In this document: one piece after another, positions 19,232-28,717 of the stretch
Position numbering within the stretch: the stretch's first letter is position 1
Layout of the letters: every line of letters starts with the position of its first letter
Source: Leptospiraceae bacterium
GTDB taxonomy: Bacteria; Spirochaetota; Leptospiria; Leptospirales; Leptonemataceae
DNA length: 64,000 nucleotides
Direction: 5' to 3'
Assembly: GCA_040217195.1 (NCBI GenBank)
Contig: JAVJNR010000002.1
Location: 32,001 to 96,000 of the forward strand
Translations under genes and position numbers: made by a program
The notes under the pieces: model-generated
Database searches by the model: none
What the model saw: the letters and a program-made list of their open reading frames with translations, nothing else
What the model was told of the DNA's origin: nothing

Positions 19232-21400
19232 GTGGCATTCGCTGAAATCCAGAACCAGGCGATGATTCAGGGCCTGATCTATGGCGCCACACTGATACTG
19301 TTTCTCTATAATGTTTTTCTTGCCATCTCTACAAGAGATTCGATCTATCTAAACTACTCTGCACTTTCTATTTCAGTACTGTTCTACCAGCTTTTGCTCT
19401 TTCATGGAACGTCTCTCGGATTTCAGTCCCGGGCATGGCATCAGCTCCTGGTGGTACTGACGATCCTTCTGGCCACCGGTGTCCTGGGTACTCACTTCCT
19501 TCGTCAATTGCTGGCCCTGGATCCAGCGTCCGGTGCCGATCGATTGGCCCGGGCTTCCATGTTGGCCTTTGCCATATTGATGGTATTTGTCTCAATGTTC
19601 CGGCAGACCGTGGGACCTTACGTTTATGCCCTGGGTCTGATTCCAGTAGTACTGTTTGGATATATTTCAGCCGACCGGGCAAGACTGGGTTCAAAAACAG
19701 CTGCAGCAGTATTCCTTGGTCTGCTCATCGCCCTTGTGTCCGGTACCGCGCATCAATGGATTGAATGGCAGGCAATTCGCAACTCTACAACACAGCTGAT
19801 CCTTCCGCTGGGAGCCCTGGGGACCTTGCTGCTTTTTTCCGTTGGCCTTGGACTCAGGATTCGATCCATTCGCCTGGAAGCTCTGACCGGACGCAACCGA
19901 GCCGAATTCTTGAAGAATCTTCTGGAAGCCTCTCCATTTCCGGTGATGGTACTTCGTAAGCCCTTTTCAGAGCCCATCTTCTGGAATCAAGCGGCGCAAA
20001 ATCAGTATGAACTGAACTCTTCCTGGTCACTGGCCAGCCATCTTTCCGCCGATGTAGCAGAACCATTAAACCGGGAAATCGAAGGAGGAGACCTGGATCG
20101 AAGACTGGTTACTGTAAATAATCAGGCCGGACGGACTCTGGAGACAGCTATCTCTGTGCGAAGGATCAAGTTTGAGGGCCAGGCTGCTTTTCTACATTTA
20201 CATGTGGATCGCACCGCCGAACTTCAAACCCGAAGGGGACTGGAACGAGAGCAATTAGCATTGCAGGAAGCGGTGGATGAGCTGCAAAAAACTACACAGC
20301 AAAGGGATGATTTCATAGCGGCCATGAGTCATGAAATTCGCACGCCAATGTCCGGTATACTCTCTGCCGCCGATCTTCTTCAAGAGTCCAACCTGATCGC
20401 GGAAGCTCCTGCAGGTTCTTCTGGAAAAATTTCCGGTCCATCCGTTTTACAGGTACTGCAGCGAAACGCACTGAGACTTTTGCATTTGTTAAATGACATA
20501 CTGGACTTTGCTCGCATTCAGGCCGGCCGAATGGATCCGGATCCCCACAGATTTTCTCTTCATGATTTTGCTCAATCCAGTATCGACAAACTGGAGCCAT
20601 TGTTAAGCCGAGCCAACCTCAAGCTGGAGTACGTTCACTCCGGAAATGGTGATGAAGTTTTGCGGGGCGACGCGGCACGTATGAGACAGATTCTGGAACG
20701 ATTTGCATTTTCCCTGCTCAGCAGTCGCAGGGATGGTACAATCCGCGTAAATAGTTACCTGACCCCGGACAGGCGACTGCACTTTGAAGTCAGCCTGGAT
20801 GGACGGGCCCTGGTGGGAGCGGATCCAAAGCTAATTCAAAGGATAGCAGGCAGCCCCTACGGTTACAGGCCTCGCACCGGTCGTGAACTTAGCCTGGCAG
20901 TGGCCCGCGGTTTGATCAAAACCCTGGGAGGTCATCTGGAGATATCTGAAACCACTGATTCTGCATTGAGCATGTCGGTTTCTTTTCCGGTGGAAATCGA
21001 AGCCCACCAATCCGCCCGTAAAATGGGGGCTGAGCTGCCTCTCAACCTCCTGGTTTTTGAGGACAATGCAGACAATGCAGTATTGATGAAACGAATTCTG
21101 GAAAAGCGAGGTTACAGGGTTCACATTGCCTCATCGGCTGCAGAAGGATTGGAAATTCTCAAAAATGATAGGCCTGACCTGGTTCTTATGGATCTGCATT
21201 TGCCCGACATGGATGGCTTTCAGACCACGCAAGAGATTCAAAAGTCTTTGGGCAAGGAGGCCCCGCCGGTGGCAGCCCTGAGCGCCTCTACTATGGAACG
21301 GGATCGACTAGCCGCTCAGGAAGTGGGCATGGTCGGCTTTTTGACAAAACCCATCCAGAAAGAACAGTTTGAATCCCTGATTCAGGAACTATTCAGCTAA
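19232..21400 (+). CDS. 7TM-DISM hybrid histidine kinase-like protein with intact His and receiver but a degenerate ATP-binding domain
   Basis: 7TM region, MSHEIRTPM, degenerate N/G1/G2 boxes, receiver FED...DLVLMD...LSAS...LTKP. Confidence 0.88.
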   Translation: MAFAEIQNQAMIQGLIYGATLILFLYNVFLAISTRDSIYLNYSALSISVLFYQLLLFHGTSLGFQSRAWHQLLVVLTILLATGVLGTHFLRQLLALDPASGADRLARASMLAFAILMVFVSMFRQTVGPYVYALGLIPVVLFGYISADRARLGSKTAAAVFLGLLIALVSGTAHQWIEWQAIRNSTTQLILPLGALGTLLLFSVGLGLRIRSIRLEALTGRNRAEFLKNLLEASPFPVMVLRKPFSEPIFWNQAAQNQYELNSSWSLASHLSADVAEPLNREIEGGDLDRRLVTVNNQAGRTLETAISVRRIKFEGQAAFLHLHVDRTAELQTRRGLEREQLALQEAVDELQKTTQQRDDFIAAMSHEIRTPMSGILSAADLLQESNLIAEAPAGSSGKISGPSVLQVLQRNALRLLHLLNDILDFARIQAGRMDPDPHRFSLHDFAQSSIDKLEPLLSRANLKLEYVHSGNGDEVLRGDAARMRQILERFAFSLLSSRRDGTIRVNSYLTPDRRLHFEVSLDGRALVGADPKLIQRIAGSPYGYRPRTGRELSLAVARGLIKTLGGHLEISETTDSALSMSVSFPVEIEAHQSARKMGAELPLNLLVFEDNADNAVLMKRILEKRGYRVHIASSAAEGLEILKNDRPDLVLMDLHLPDMDGFQTTQEIQKSLGKEAPPVAALSASTMERDRLAAQEVGMVGFLTKPIQKEQFESLIQELFS

Positions 21401-21433
21401 AATTGAAATGACAGCCCCGTACTTGCTGGGGTC

Positions 21434-21598
21434 CACACAGAATGCAAGCCTGAAGGACTCGGCCCGACGAGAGCGCCTTACACCGCTAATCGGTGCCCAA
21501 ATAAGCCAGGGTCTGATTCTTGTTAAGGGGCCCGTTTGTGTTCTAAACCCGATTGGACTGTAACAGCTAAAGCCGAAAGTTAGTCTCATTTCTGTGAA
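21434..21598. ncRNA. Candidate structured RNA (long nested hairpin), identity unknown
   Basis: Nested complementarity: CACAGAATG/CATTTCTGTG, TCGGC/GCCGA, CTAATCGG/CCGATTGG and GGGTC/GGCCC. Confidence 0.45.
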
Positions 21599-21871
21599 TT
21601 CATGCGAACCAACCCAACAATACAGCGGCGGCATCAACTCGACCTATTTCCAGTCTTAGATCCTTTTCGCTCATTGGCAATCCGCCACCGGGCTTTTTGA
21701 GTTACTATCCTCTACAGTAGAATTTTTTACATCCATGTATTGGGCATGCGAAAGCTCGGTTTCAGTGTTCCGAATTACCGTTCTAACGCTCATCTTTTCT
21801 GCGTTCCGGACTCTCAGGAAATAATCTGCCCACCGGGTTGACTTTTCCTTCGAAACCTGCCTTTCTAACTT

Positions 21872-22361
21872 ATGTCTTCTATTCGGTCCGCTCCGCCTGG
21901 TATCCTCACTGTCGGTCTCTGTGTTACCCTATTCTTTTCTGGATGAGGACCATTTCCAGGGCGGGTCAAACCTGGATCGATTGTATGTTGAGCCCATGCG
22001 AGATTATATAACCTGGCCTCTGCGTATGCCTTTCGAAAAGCACCTCATTTACCACGGAAAGCAGACTCTCCAGGGTGAGGAATACTTCACATTTTTCCTG
22101 TCTTCCAGTAGTCCGGCCGATCGGAAGGGCGATCAGTATCGCCTGTATCTAAGCACAGATAACCTGAGAATTCGGTTCATCCAGTTTACACTTCGGGAAC
22201 TGGCAGATTCCTATTCCGGCTGGATTCACTATTCCAATTATGTGTCCATCGAGGGCATACGGATTCCCTTTCAGATTTCCATTCAAGACAGCCCTTCTCT
22301 GGATTCAGATGAGTACGTTCATCGAATCGAACTACAAGATGCGGTTTTCTCCCGGGAATGA
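21872..22361 (+). pseudogene. Disrupted lipoprotein gene (signal peptide ends in TGA at the lipobox Cys position; C-terminal part in another frame)
   Basis: 21872-21946 reads MSSIRSAPPGILTVGLCVTLFFSG*; ORF 21921-22361 looks like a C-terminal domain without its own N-terminus. Confidence 0.6.
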
Positions 22362-22530
22362 TTGGGGGAGGTCAGGAACGCCAGATGACTTTGGTCTTCA
22401 CTCTTCCGCCAATCCAACGACACTGGCCGCCATAGCAGGCCAGCGGCAATCCGTGCATATACACCCTTTTTGCTTGACGTCAGAAGCCGGATTTTTTTTG
22501 GTGCATATACACGTATCAAAGGAGCGACTT

Positions 22531-23739
22531 ATGACTGATGTCTATATTTATGATCATGTCCGGACCCCTCGTGGGAAAGGAAAGAAGCGTGGATCGCTGG
22601 CTCATGTGCATCCGCAAAACCTGGCCGGGGCAACTCTGAAAGCCCTGGAAAGCAGAAACAAAATGGATCCTTCTCTGGTGGAGGATGTAATCCTGGGTTG
22701 TGTATCCCAGGTAAATGAACAATCCAGCTGTATTGCCCGTTACTCAGTAATGGCAGCTCAGTGGCCTGACAGTGTTCCAGGATACACAGTAAACCGATTC
22801 TGCGGCTCTGGCCTGCAGGCTATAAATAATGGCGTGGGTGCCATTGCCTCCGGAATGTCTGACCTGATTGTGGCCGGCGGTGTGGAATCCATGAGCGCTG
22901 TTAAAATGGGCGCCGACATGGGCGACCTGGATATGAGCATTGGAAACCCGGTTATTGCAGAGCATTACAATCTAGTGCCTCAGGGAATTTCAGCGGACCT
23001 TATTGCGACTAAAGAAAAGTTCAGCCGAAAGGATGTGGACAATTTCGCAGTAGAATCCCAGCAAAGAGCCGATGCCGCCATCAAAGATGGAAGATTCAAG
23101 AACTCCATCGTTCCTGTAGAAGGAAAAGATGGAACTCCGGTAGAACTGGACGAGCACCCCAGAATTGAAAGCGACTTTGACTTCCTTTCCAATCTTCCGG
23201 CTGTATTCAAGACCATTGGTGAAAAGCAATTCGATCCAATTGCCCTGAAAACTTACAAGGAATTCGATTCCATCAATCACGTGCACACTCTGGGTAACTC
23301 TTCTGGCGTTGTGGACGGAGCTGGAGTTGTAATGCTGGGTAGCGAAAAAGCCAAAGAATTCGGTCTGAAGCCTCGTGCACGAATCGTTTCCATGGCATCT
23401 TACGGATCCGAGCCTACTATTATGCTCACCGGACCCGTCCCTGCAGCCAAAAAAGCTCTGGATAAAGCAGGCCTGAAACCTGAAGACATTGATCTGTGGG
23501 AGATCAACGAAGCCTTCGCAGCCGTAGTTCTGTTCGTAATGAAAGAGCTGAACATTCCCAGAGATAAGGTGAATGTAAACGGTGGAGCTATTGCTCTGGG
23601 GCATCCTCTGGGCGGAACCGGCGCTATTATTCTGGGAACTCTGGTAGATGAACTGGAGCGTCAGGAGAAGAAGTACGGTCTGGCTACTTTATGTATTGGT
23701 GGCGGTATGGGTATCGCTACCGTAATCGAACGAGTTTAA
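22531..23739 (+). CDS. Acetyl-CoA C-acyltransferase (thiolase)
   Basis: [33 protein letters not shown] and [18 protein letters not shown] before ATG 22531. Confidence 0.95.
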   Translation: MTDVYIYDHVRTPRGKGKKRGSLAHVHPQNLAGATLKALESRNKMDPSLVEDVILGCVSQVNEQSSCIARYSVMAAQWPDSVPGYTVNRFCGSGLQAINNGVGAIASGMSDLIVAGGVESMSAVKMGADMGDLDMSIGNPVIAEHYNLVPQGISADLIATKEKFSRKDVDNFAVESQQRADAAIKDGRFKNSIVPVEGKDGTPVELDEHPRIESDFDFLSNLPAVFKTIGEKQFDPIALKTYKEFDSINHVHTLGNSSGVVDGAGVVMLGSEKAKEFGLKPRARIVSMASYGSEPTIMLTGPVPAAKKALDKAGLKPEDIDLWEINEAFAAVVLFVMKELNIPRDKVNVNGGAIALGHPLGGTGAIILGTLVDELERQEKKYGLATLCIGGGMGIATVIERV

Positions 23740-23867
23740 TTCCTTAGAGCCGGGCATCTATCGGTTAATCCGAAGGATGTCCGGCCCATACCCTTCATTG
23801 CTGCCGCGCCTCCACATCCGGCATCTTTGTTCAGGGGCGTTCGGCGAAAACCGACGGTGCGAAAATC

Positions 23868-24401
23868 ATGTCCCCTACGGAAAAGAAAACCAGTCGATCC
23901 CGAACCCGGGTTTTACCTCATGCGGAGCTAGAACCCCTAACCTATCGGATAGCGGCAGAATGTCTGTGCCTCAACCTGCGCAAGGCATCCAGGCTAATTA
24001 CTCAGTATTATGATCAAATCCTGGAACCGGCCGGAATACGATGCACCCAGCTTACAATCCTGGCTGCCATTTCCAGAATCGGAAATCGCTCATTAACTGA
24101 CCTGGCCCAATCACTGGCCATGGACCGTACAACGCTTACAAGAAATCTGAAACCACTGGAAAAACATGGCTGGGTACTGCGTGTGGATAGCCCCAATCAC
24201 AGAATGCGCAACTATGCATTATCTGACAGTGGCGAACAGGTGCTTAAAGAAGCGGTCCCTCTCTGGCAGGAAGCCCAGGATTCTATTGTAGGAATACTTG
24301 GAGATAGCCGCAGAAAGAGGTTATTTCAGCATCTATTGCGAGTTACGGCAGCGGGACGGCGAGCCATCAAGAAAGAAGAGGATTCTGAGCAGGACAACTG
24401 A
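23868..24401 (+). CDS. MarR-family transcriptional regulator
   Basis: CLCLNLRKASR..TQYYD..L and LAMDRTTLTRNLKPLE. Confidence 0.9.
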   Translation: MSPTEKKTSRSRTRVLPHAELEPLTYRIAAECLCLNLRKASRLITQYYDQILEPAGIRCTQLTILAAISRIGNRSLTDLAQSLAMDRTTLTRNLKPLEKHGWVLRVDSPNHRMRNYALSDSGEQVLKEAVPLWQEAQDSIVGILGDSRRKRLFQHLLRVTAAGRRAIKKEEDSEQDN

Positions 24402-24663
24402 TTCGGAGACAGTAAGCAGATCCGGACCTTTTACATCTCAGAAATCTGATCCAGACATTTTCCGGAAAATATCAGATATCCGCACAGTTCAGGAAAAACA
24501 CCGGAAATCCATACTCAATCGCTGTATTCATTTTTCCGGAGCGTAGCCAGCTATAGTGCTCAAATTCCTTGATGAATTGGAAAGGGAAATGCAAAAAGGG
24601 GAACAGAACTGGTTGAATAGACGTCCAACTATTAAAAGAGAAGCTATAGCTCCGGAGAAAACC

Positions 24664-25161
24664 ATGAAAAAGATCAATCTAATACTATCACTGGCAATAT
24701 CTGCCTCACTGCTGCTTACAGGCGCTGTATTCGCAGAAACCCTGTACGTAGTCAGTCCAGCAGCCAAATTGCTGAAAGAGCCCAAAATGAATTCCACAGG
24801 ACCTGCACTGAAACCAGGCACCCAGGTAAACAGTAGCGGCCAACAGGGTATGTTTGTTCAAGTACAGAGCCCGCTTGGTTCTGGATATGTCTCCAAACTG
24901 TTCGTATCCAAGTACGCTCCCACCGGAAAAGTGGACACTACCAAGATTAAACTGAACCAGCAAGTGGCCACCCGGGATAAAGCATCTGCCTACAGTGAAA
25001 CCGCTGCGGCCCGTGGCTTTTCTCAGGGAACCGAAGAAAGATTCGATAATCCAGAAGCCTTCGATTTTTCTGAGGTAGATTGGATCGAGAAACAGAAACC
25101 GAACCAAAAACAAGTGGACATTTTCCTCCGCCAGGGAAAGCTCCATAAGTTTGGATCATGA
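24664..25161 (+). CDS. Exported SH3b-domain protein
   Basis: Signal peptide ending AVFA; SH3b-like LLKEPKMNS...FVQV...GYVSK; ETAAARG motif. Confidence 0.7.
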   Translation: MKKINLILSLAISASLLLTGAVFAETLYVVSPAAKLLKEPKMNSTGPALKPGTQVNSSGQQGMFVQVQSPLGSGYVSKLFVSKYAPTGKVDTTKIKLNQQVATRDKASAYSETAAARGFSQGTEERFDNPEAFDFSEVDWIEKQKPNQKQVDIFLRQGKLHKFGS

Positions 25162-25901
25162 GGTTTCATAGTAAGTTCTATAATCAACACAAAGCCGTAG
25201 TCCAGAGAGCTACTGCTTCCCTTTTTGCGCTGGGTTTTGTCCTGATGACAGCCCAGTGTACCTCTCTCAGCCCCAAAGAACGCAGCCTCCGAGAGGTTGC
25301 GGTGGGTCGAGCCCTCACAGCCCGCTTTGCCAAAAGCGAAGGCATCGTAAAAAACACAGCTGCAACATCCTACATTTCTCTGGTAGGTCAGGCAGTAGTA
25401 GAAGCATCCGGGCAGGGTGATAAAGACTTTCATTTTGCCATTCTGGATTCAGATAAACCAATTGCTGTAGCTGGCCCTGGTGGCTATGTGCTGATCAGCA
25501 AGGGGTATATAAAGAGTCTCTCCTCTGAGGCGGAACTGGCAGCCGTGCTGGCACGAGAAGTGGCACATATTGCCATGGCCCACCACGATGACTCGGTGCT
25601 CACCGATGGATCGCTAATAGAAACGTCGGAATCTGGCTCAGAAGAGCTGTTCCAGACTATTCAAGACGGCACTCGCCCGGCCGAACAGGTATACGAAGCG
25701 GACGCTGCGGCTGCCTTCTATCTGGCTACCCTGGGATACGATCCTGCAGTTCTGGTCCGTGTAGTGGACCTGGGCACTCCGCAGAAGAATGCTCCGGGCG
25801 CACAGCGTCAGGGAAAAATAAAGACTGTAATTGAACAAAACGGCCTTTCCGGACAGCAGACCAATACGGCCAGATTCCAGGCCAGTACACGGGGTCTGTA
25901 A
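25158..25901 (+). CDS. M48-family peptidase homolog (probable lipoprotein) with a degenerate HExxH (REVAH)
   Basis: FHFAILDS..A.PGGYVLISKG...SEAELAAVLAREVAH; YEAD; GYDP. Confidence 0.8.
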   Translation: MRFHSKFYNQHKAVVQRATASLFALGFVLMTAQCTSLSPKERSLREVAVGRALTARFAKSEGIVKNTAATSYISLVGQAVVEASGQGDKDFHFAILDSDKPIAVAGPGGYVLISKGYIKSLSSEAELAAVLAREVAHIAMAHHDDSVLTDGSLIETSESGSEELFQTIQDGTRPAEQVYEADAAAAFYLATLGYDPAVLVRVVDLGTPQKNAPGAQRQGKIKTVIEQNGLSGQQTNTARFQASTRGL

Positions 25902-25902
25902 T

Positions 25903-28101
25903 ATGTTCAAAAACAAGAAGGTCTGGTTTGGACTCCTGACCATCGTTCCAATCGTATTTGTACTGGTGCTCCATGCATTTGGAGCACTGGCCCGTGTTGA
26001 AAACAACATCACCGATTTAAGGTACGTATTCTTCAATCCAGGCCATAAATTCAGCGAAGATATTCTGGTCCTGGAAATTGATGAACAGTCCCTGCAGAAG
26101 CTCGGTCAGGATCCCATCTATGGGCGCTGGCCATGGAAGAGAAATGCCTACGTTCCTCTGCTGGAATTTGTAGCTCAGTTTGGAGCTCAAAAAATCCTAT
26201 TCGACGTTACCTTTTTCGAAGAAAGTCCGGAAGATGAAGCACTGGCCGCTGTAGGCGAAGCCATCCCTGTTATATCTCATGCCCTGAACTTTAGAAATGA
26301 GGACATAGATCAAGAAGCTCGCCCATTACCGGGAATTGTTCAGGCCCAGGCCATCCCCTATGAAGGCCCGGAAACCGTTTCCCAATCTTACAACAAAGTA
26401 ATCTATCCTGCCCGAGAAATCCTGGAAACACTTCCTGGTGCGCACTCAGTAACTTTTCATCCAGATTCAGATGGCGTTGCTCGAAGAGCAAGACACCTGT
26501 TCAAGTACGGCGATCGATACTATCCCTCCCTGTCTCTGGCAGCTGTAGCACCGCTTATTGGTCTGCAGTCCGTATCCATGGAGGGACAGAAGCTAGTTCT
26601 TCAGACGGCTGAAGGGCCCAGAAACATCCCTGTAGAGGATGGAGCGGTAAGATTTCATTATTATCCGGAATCCGAGCTCTACAGCAATATGAAGCGATAC
26701 TCCATCACATCGCTTATCGAAACCAAGATTGCAATCGACAAAGGAGAGTTCACATCGCTGGAGGATCTAAAATTCAATCCTCTAGAGCTTCAGGGCAAGA
26801 CTGTCATTATTGGTGCCACAGCAGCAGCCACCCATGATGTGAAAACCACTCCATATGGAAGCATGCCCGGGGTATTTCTCCATGCTATACTGGCCTCGAA
26901 TATTCTGCAGAACCACTTTCTAACAGTCATGAGTCCCTGGTTTGCTCTGATTGCACTGATTCTTCTAGTGCCCGTTGCGAACTATCTGGTCATCTATACT
27001 CACGGTCTTGCTGGCCGAGTCATTTTTCCAGCTTTGATGCTAATCCTCATCGCTGCCATTTCTATGGTGGCCTTTCAATTCTTTGATACTCTGATTCCGC
27101 TGGCAGGGTTTTTGATTGGATTCCCTTTAGCTTTTGGCGGTTCCGTGGCCTATCTGAGTTTCACAGAAGGACTGGAGAAACGAAAGTTTAAATCAGCCAT
27201 GTCCAAGTATCTATCTCCTGCAGTGCTGGAAGATGTGATGAAGCGCGGCCAATTGCAGGCCGAAATCGGTGAACGAAAGAACATGACTGTGATGTTTACC
27301 GATATTCGTTCCTTCACCACCATGGCTGAAGGTATGGATCCTGCCACAGTTGTGCATATTCTGAATGAATACCTGGACCGAATGGTGCATGTGGTGTTCG
27401 AAGAAGAAGGCACCCTGGATAAGTATATCGGCGATGCAATAATGGCTTTCTGGAATGCTCCCTTGAATCAAACAGACCATGCAACCCGAGCCGTGCGCAC
27501 TGGACTGGGAATGCTTTATGAGCTGCATCTACTTCATGAGCGCTGGAAGCAGGAAGGAGCCCCGCTACTTCGAATGGGCATTGGAATTCATACAGGAGAA
27601 ATGATCGTCGGAAATATCGGATCCAATCAGCGGCTGGACTATACTGTAATCGGGGATAATGTAAATCTGGGTTCACGTCTGGAAGGAATCACTAAAACCT
27701 ATGGAGTGGATATGCTGATCAGCGAAGCCACCCAGAAAGCTATGGTTTCGGAAGAAAGCGATACTCTTCCCTGTCGACTCATTGATCTTGTAGCAGTTAA
27801 AGGTAAATCCATTCCCATTGCAGTCTACGAACCTCTTCCTGCAGAGGGTGGCCAGAGAATGAAATCCGTGAATAACTCAGTCTATGCTGCCAGGTTCAAT
27901 GAAGCTTTTGATCATTACAGAAATCGTCGATGGGACGATGCAATTTCAATGTATGAAAGCTTCCTTTCGGATGCCGCCGAAAACCCTACCCGGCCCGGTC
28001 CCGATCATCCAACCACATTGATGATTGAGCGATGTAAACAGTACAAGGCAAGTCCACCTCCTGAAAACTGGGATGGCTCCTTTGTAATGACTACGAAATA
28101 G
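25903..28101 (+). CDS. CHASE2-domain class III adenylate cyclase
   Basis: IDEQSL..GRWPW.R, DSDGVAR, PGVFLHA, 3-4 TM segments, FTDIRSFT, DKYIGDAIMAFW and DYTVIGDNVNLGSRLE. Confidence 0.93.
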   Translation: MFKNKKVWFGLLTIVPIVFVLVLHAFGALARVENNITDLRYVFFNPGHKFSEDILVLEIDEQSLQKLGQDPIYGRWPWKRNAYVPLLEFVAQFGAQKILFDVTFFEESPEDEALAAVGEAIPVISHALNFRNEDIDQEARPLPGIVQAQAIPYEGPETVSQSYNKVIYPAREILETLPGAHSVTFHPDSDGVARRARHLFKYGDRYYPSLSLAAVAPLIGLQSVSMEGQKLVLQTAEGPRNIPVEDGAVRFHYYPESELYSNMKRYSITSLIETKIAIDKGEFTSLEDLKFNPLELQGKTVIIGATAAATHDVKTTPYGSMPGVFLHAILASNILQNHFLTVMSPWFALIALILLVPVANYLVIYTHGLAGRVIFPALMLILIAAISMVAFQFFDTLIPLAGFLIGFPLAFGGSVAYLSFTEGLEKRKFKSAMSKYLSPAVLEDVMKRGQLQAEIGERKNMTVMFTDIRSFTTMAEGMDPATVVHILNEYLDRMVHVVFEEEGTLDKYIGDAIMAFWNAPLNQTDHATRAVRTGLGMLYELHLLHERWKQEGAPLLRMGIGIHTGEMIVGNIGSNQRLDYTVIGDNVNLGSRLEGITKTYGVDMLISEATQKAMVSEESDTLPCRLIDLVAVKGKSIPIAVYEPLPAEGGQRMKSVNNSVYAARFNEAFDHYRNRRWDDAISMYESFLSDAAENPTRPGPDHPTTLMIERCKQYKASPPPENWDGSFVMTTK

Positions 28102-28110
28102 AGGGTGCCA

Positions 28111-28158
28111 GCGCTCGTTTCCCCCCTGACTCGTTTTCACCAGGGGGGAAGGGAGCGC
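28111..28158. terminator. Strong hairpin between convergent genes
   Basis: GCGCTC..TTCCCCCCTG / CAGGGGGGAA..GAGCGC. Confidence 0.7.
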
Positions 28159-28184
28159 ATTGGGCGATGCTATGGCAATGCTAT

Positions 28185-28649
28185 CTATCGCCCTCTCACA
28201 GGTTCAGGAAGTTCAAGCTGCGCATATTTCTGAATTTCTTTTTCGCGAAACCAACCTCGATTGGTTTCAATCGCATAGATGGCCGGTTCAGGCGAAGTGT
28301 AGATCTCTTTTCCGTCGTCCGGATGCATACTGAAGTACTCGATCAAGAAACCCTGCTCATCAAAAAAGGCAACATCCAGCGGAAGTGGAGTGTCTTTCAT
28401 ATAGAAGCCTACTTTCTGAGGCGCCGGAAAGGCAAAGAGCATTCCATGATCTGCAGCCATGCTCTCTCGTCCTTTTAAGCCAGCTGTTCTGCTGTCCGGA
28501 TCATCCGCCACTTCCACAGTAAGAGGCTGATTCCCGATGCGAATCTCCATTGTAGGCAAAGTACCCGGTAGATTTCGATCGCATTGTGCAAAAAGACCGC
28601 TTAAGAATAGAATTAAGAAAGTGATTTGGAGTTTATTTGTATCAGGCAT
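28185..28649 (-). CDS. DUF192 family protein
   Basis: VEVADDP..R..GL..R, GMLF.F, FYMKDTPLPLDVAF and AIETNRG. Confidence 0.9.
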   Translation of the reverse strand: MPDTNKLQITFLILFLSGLFAQCDRNLPGTLPTMEIRIGNQPLTVEVADDPDSRTAGLKGRESMAADHGMLFAFPAPQKVGFYMKDTPLPLDVAFFDEQGFLIEYFSMHPDDGKEIYTSPEPAIYAIETNRGWFREKEIQKYAQLELPEPVRGR

Positions 28650-28717
28650 CGTCAGAGAATACTGGCAATCAGGCCGGCTAGGAGGCCGACCTTTTACCCT
28701 GGAAGGTTTAATCTAAA

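Noticed and set aside
22240..22530. N-terminal extension of the thiolase
   Set aside because: An RBS and a typical thiolase N-terminus are at 22531; the upstream part contains promoter-like sequence (TTGACG).
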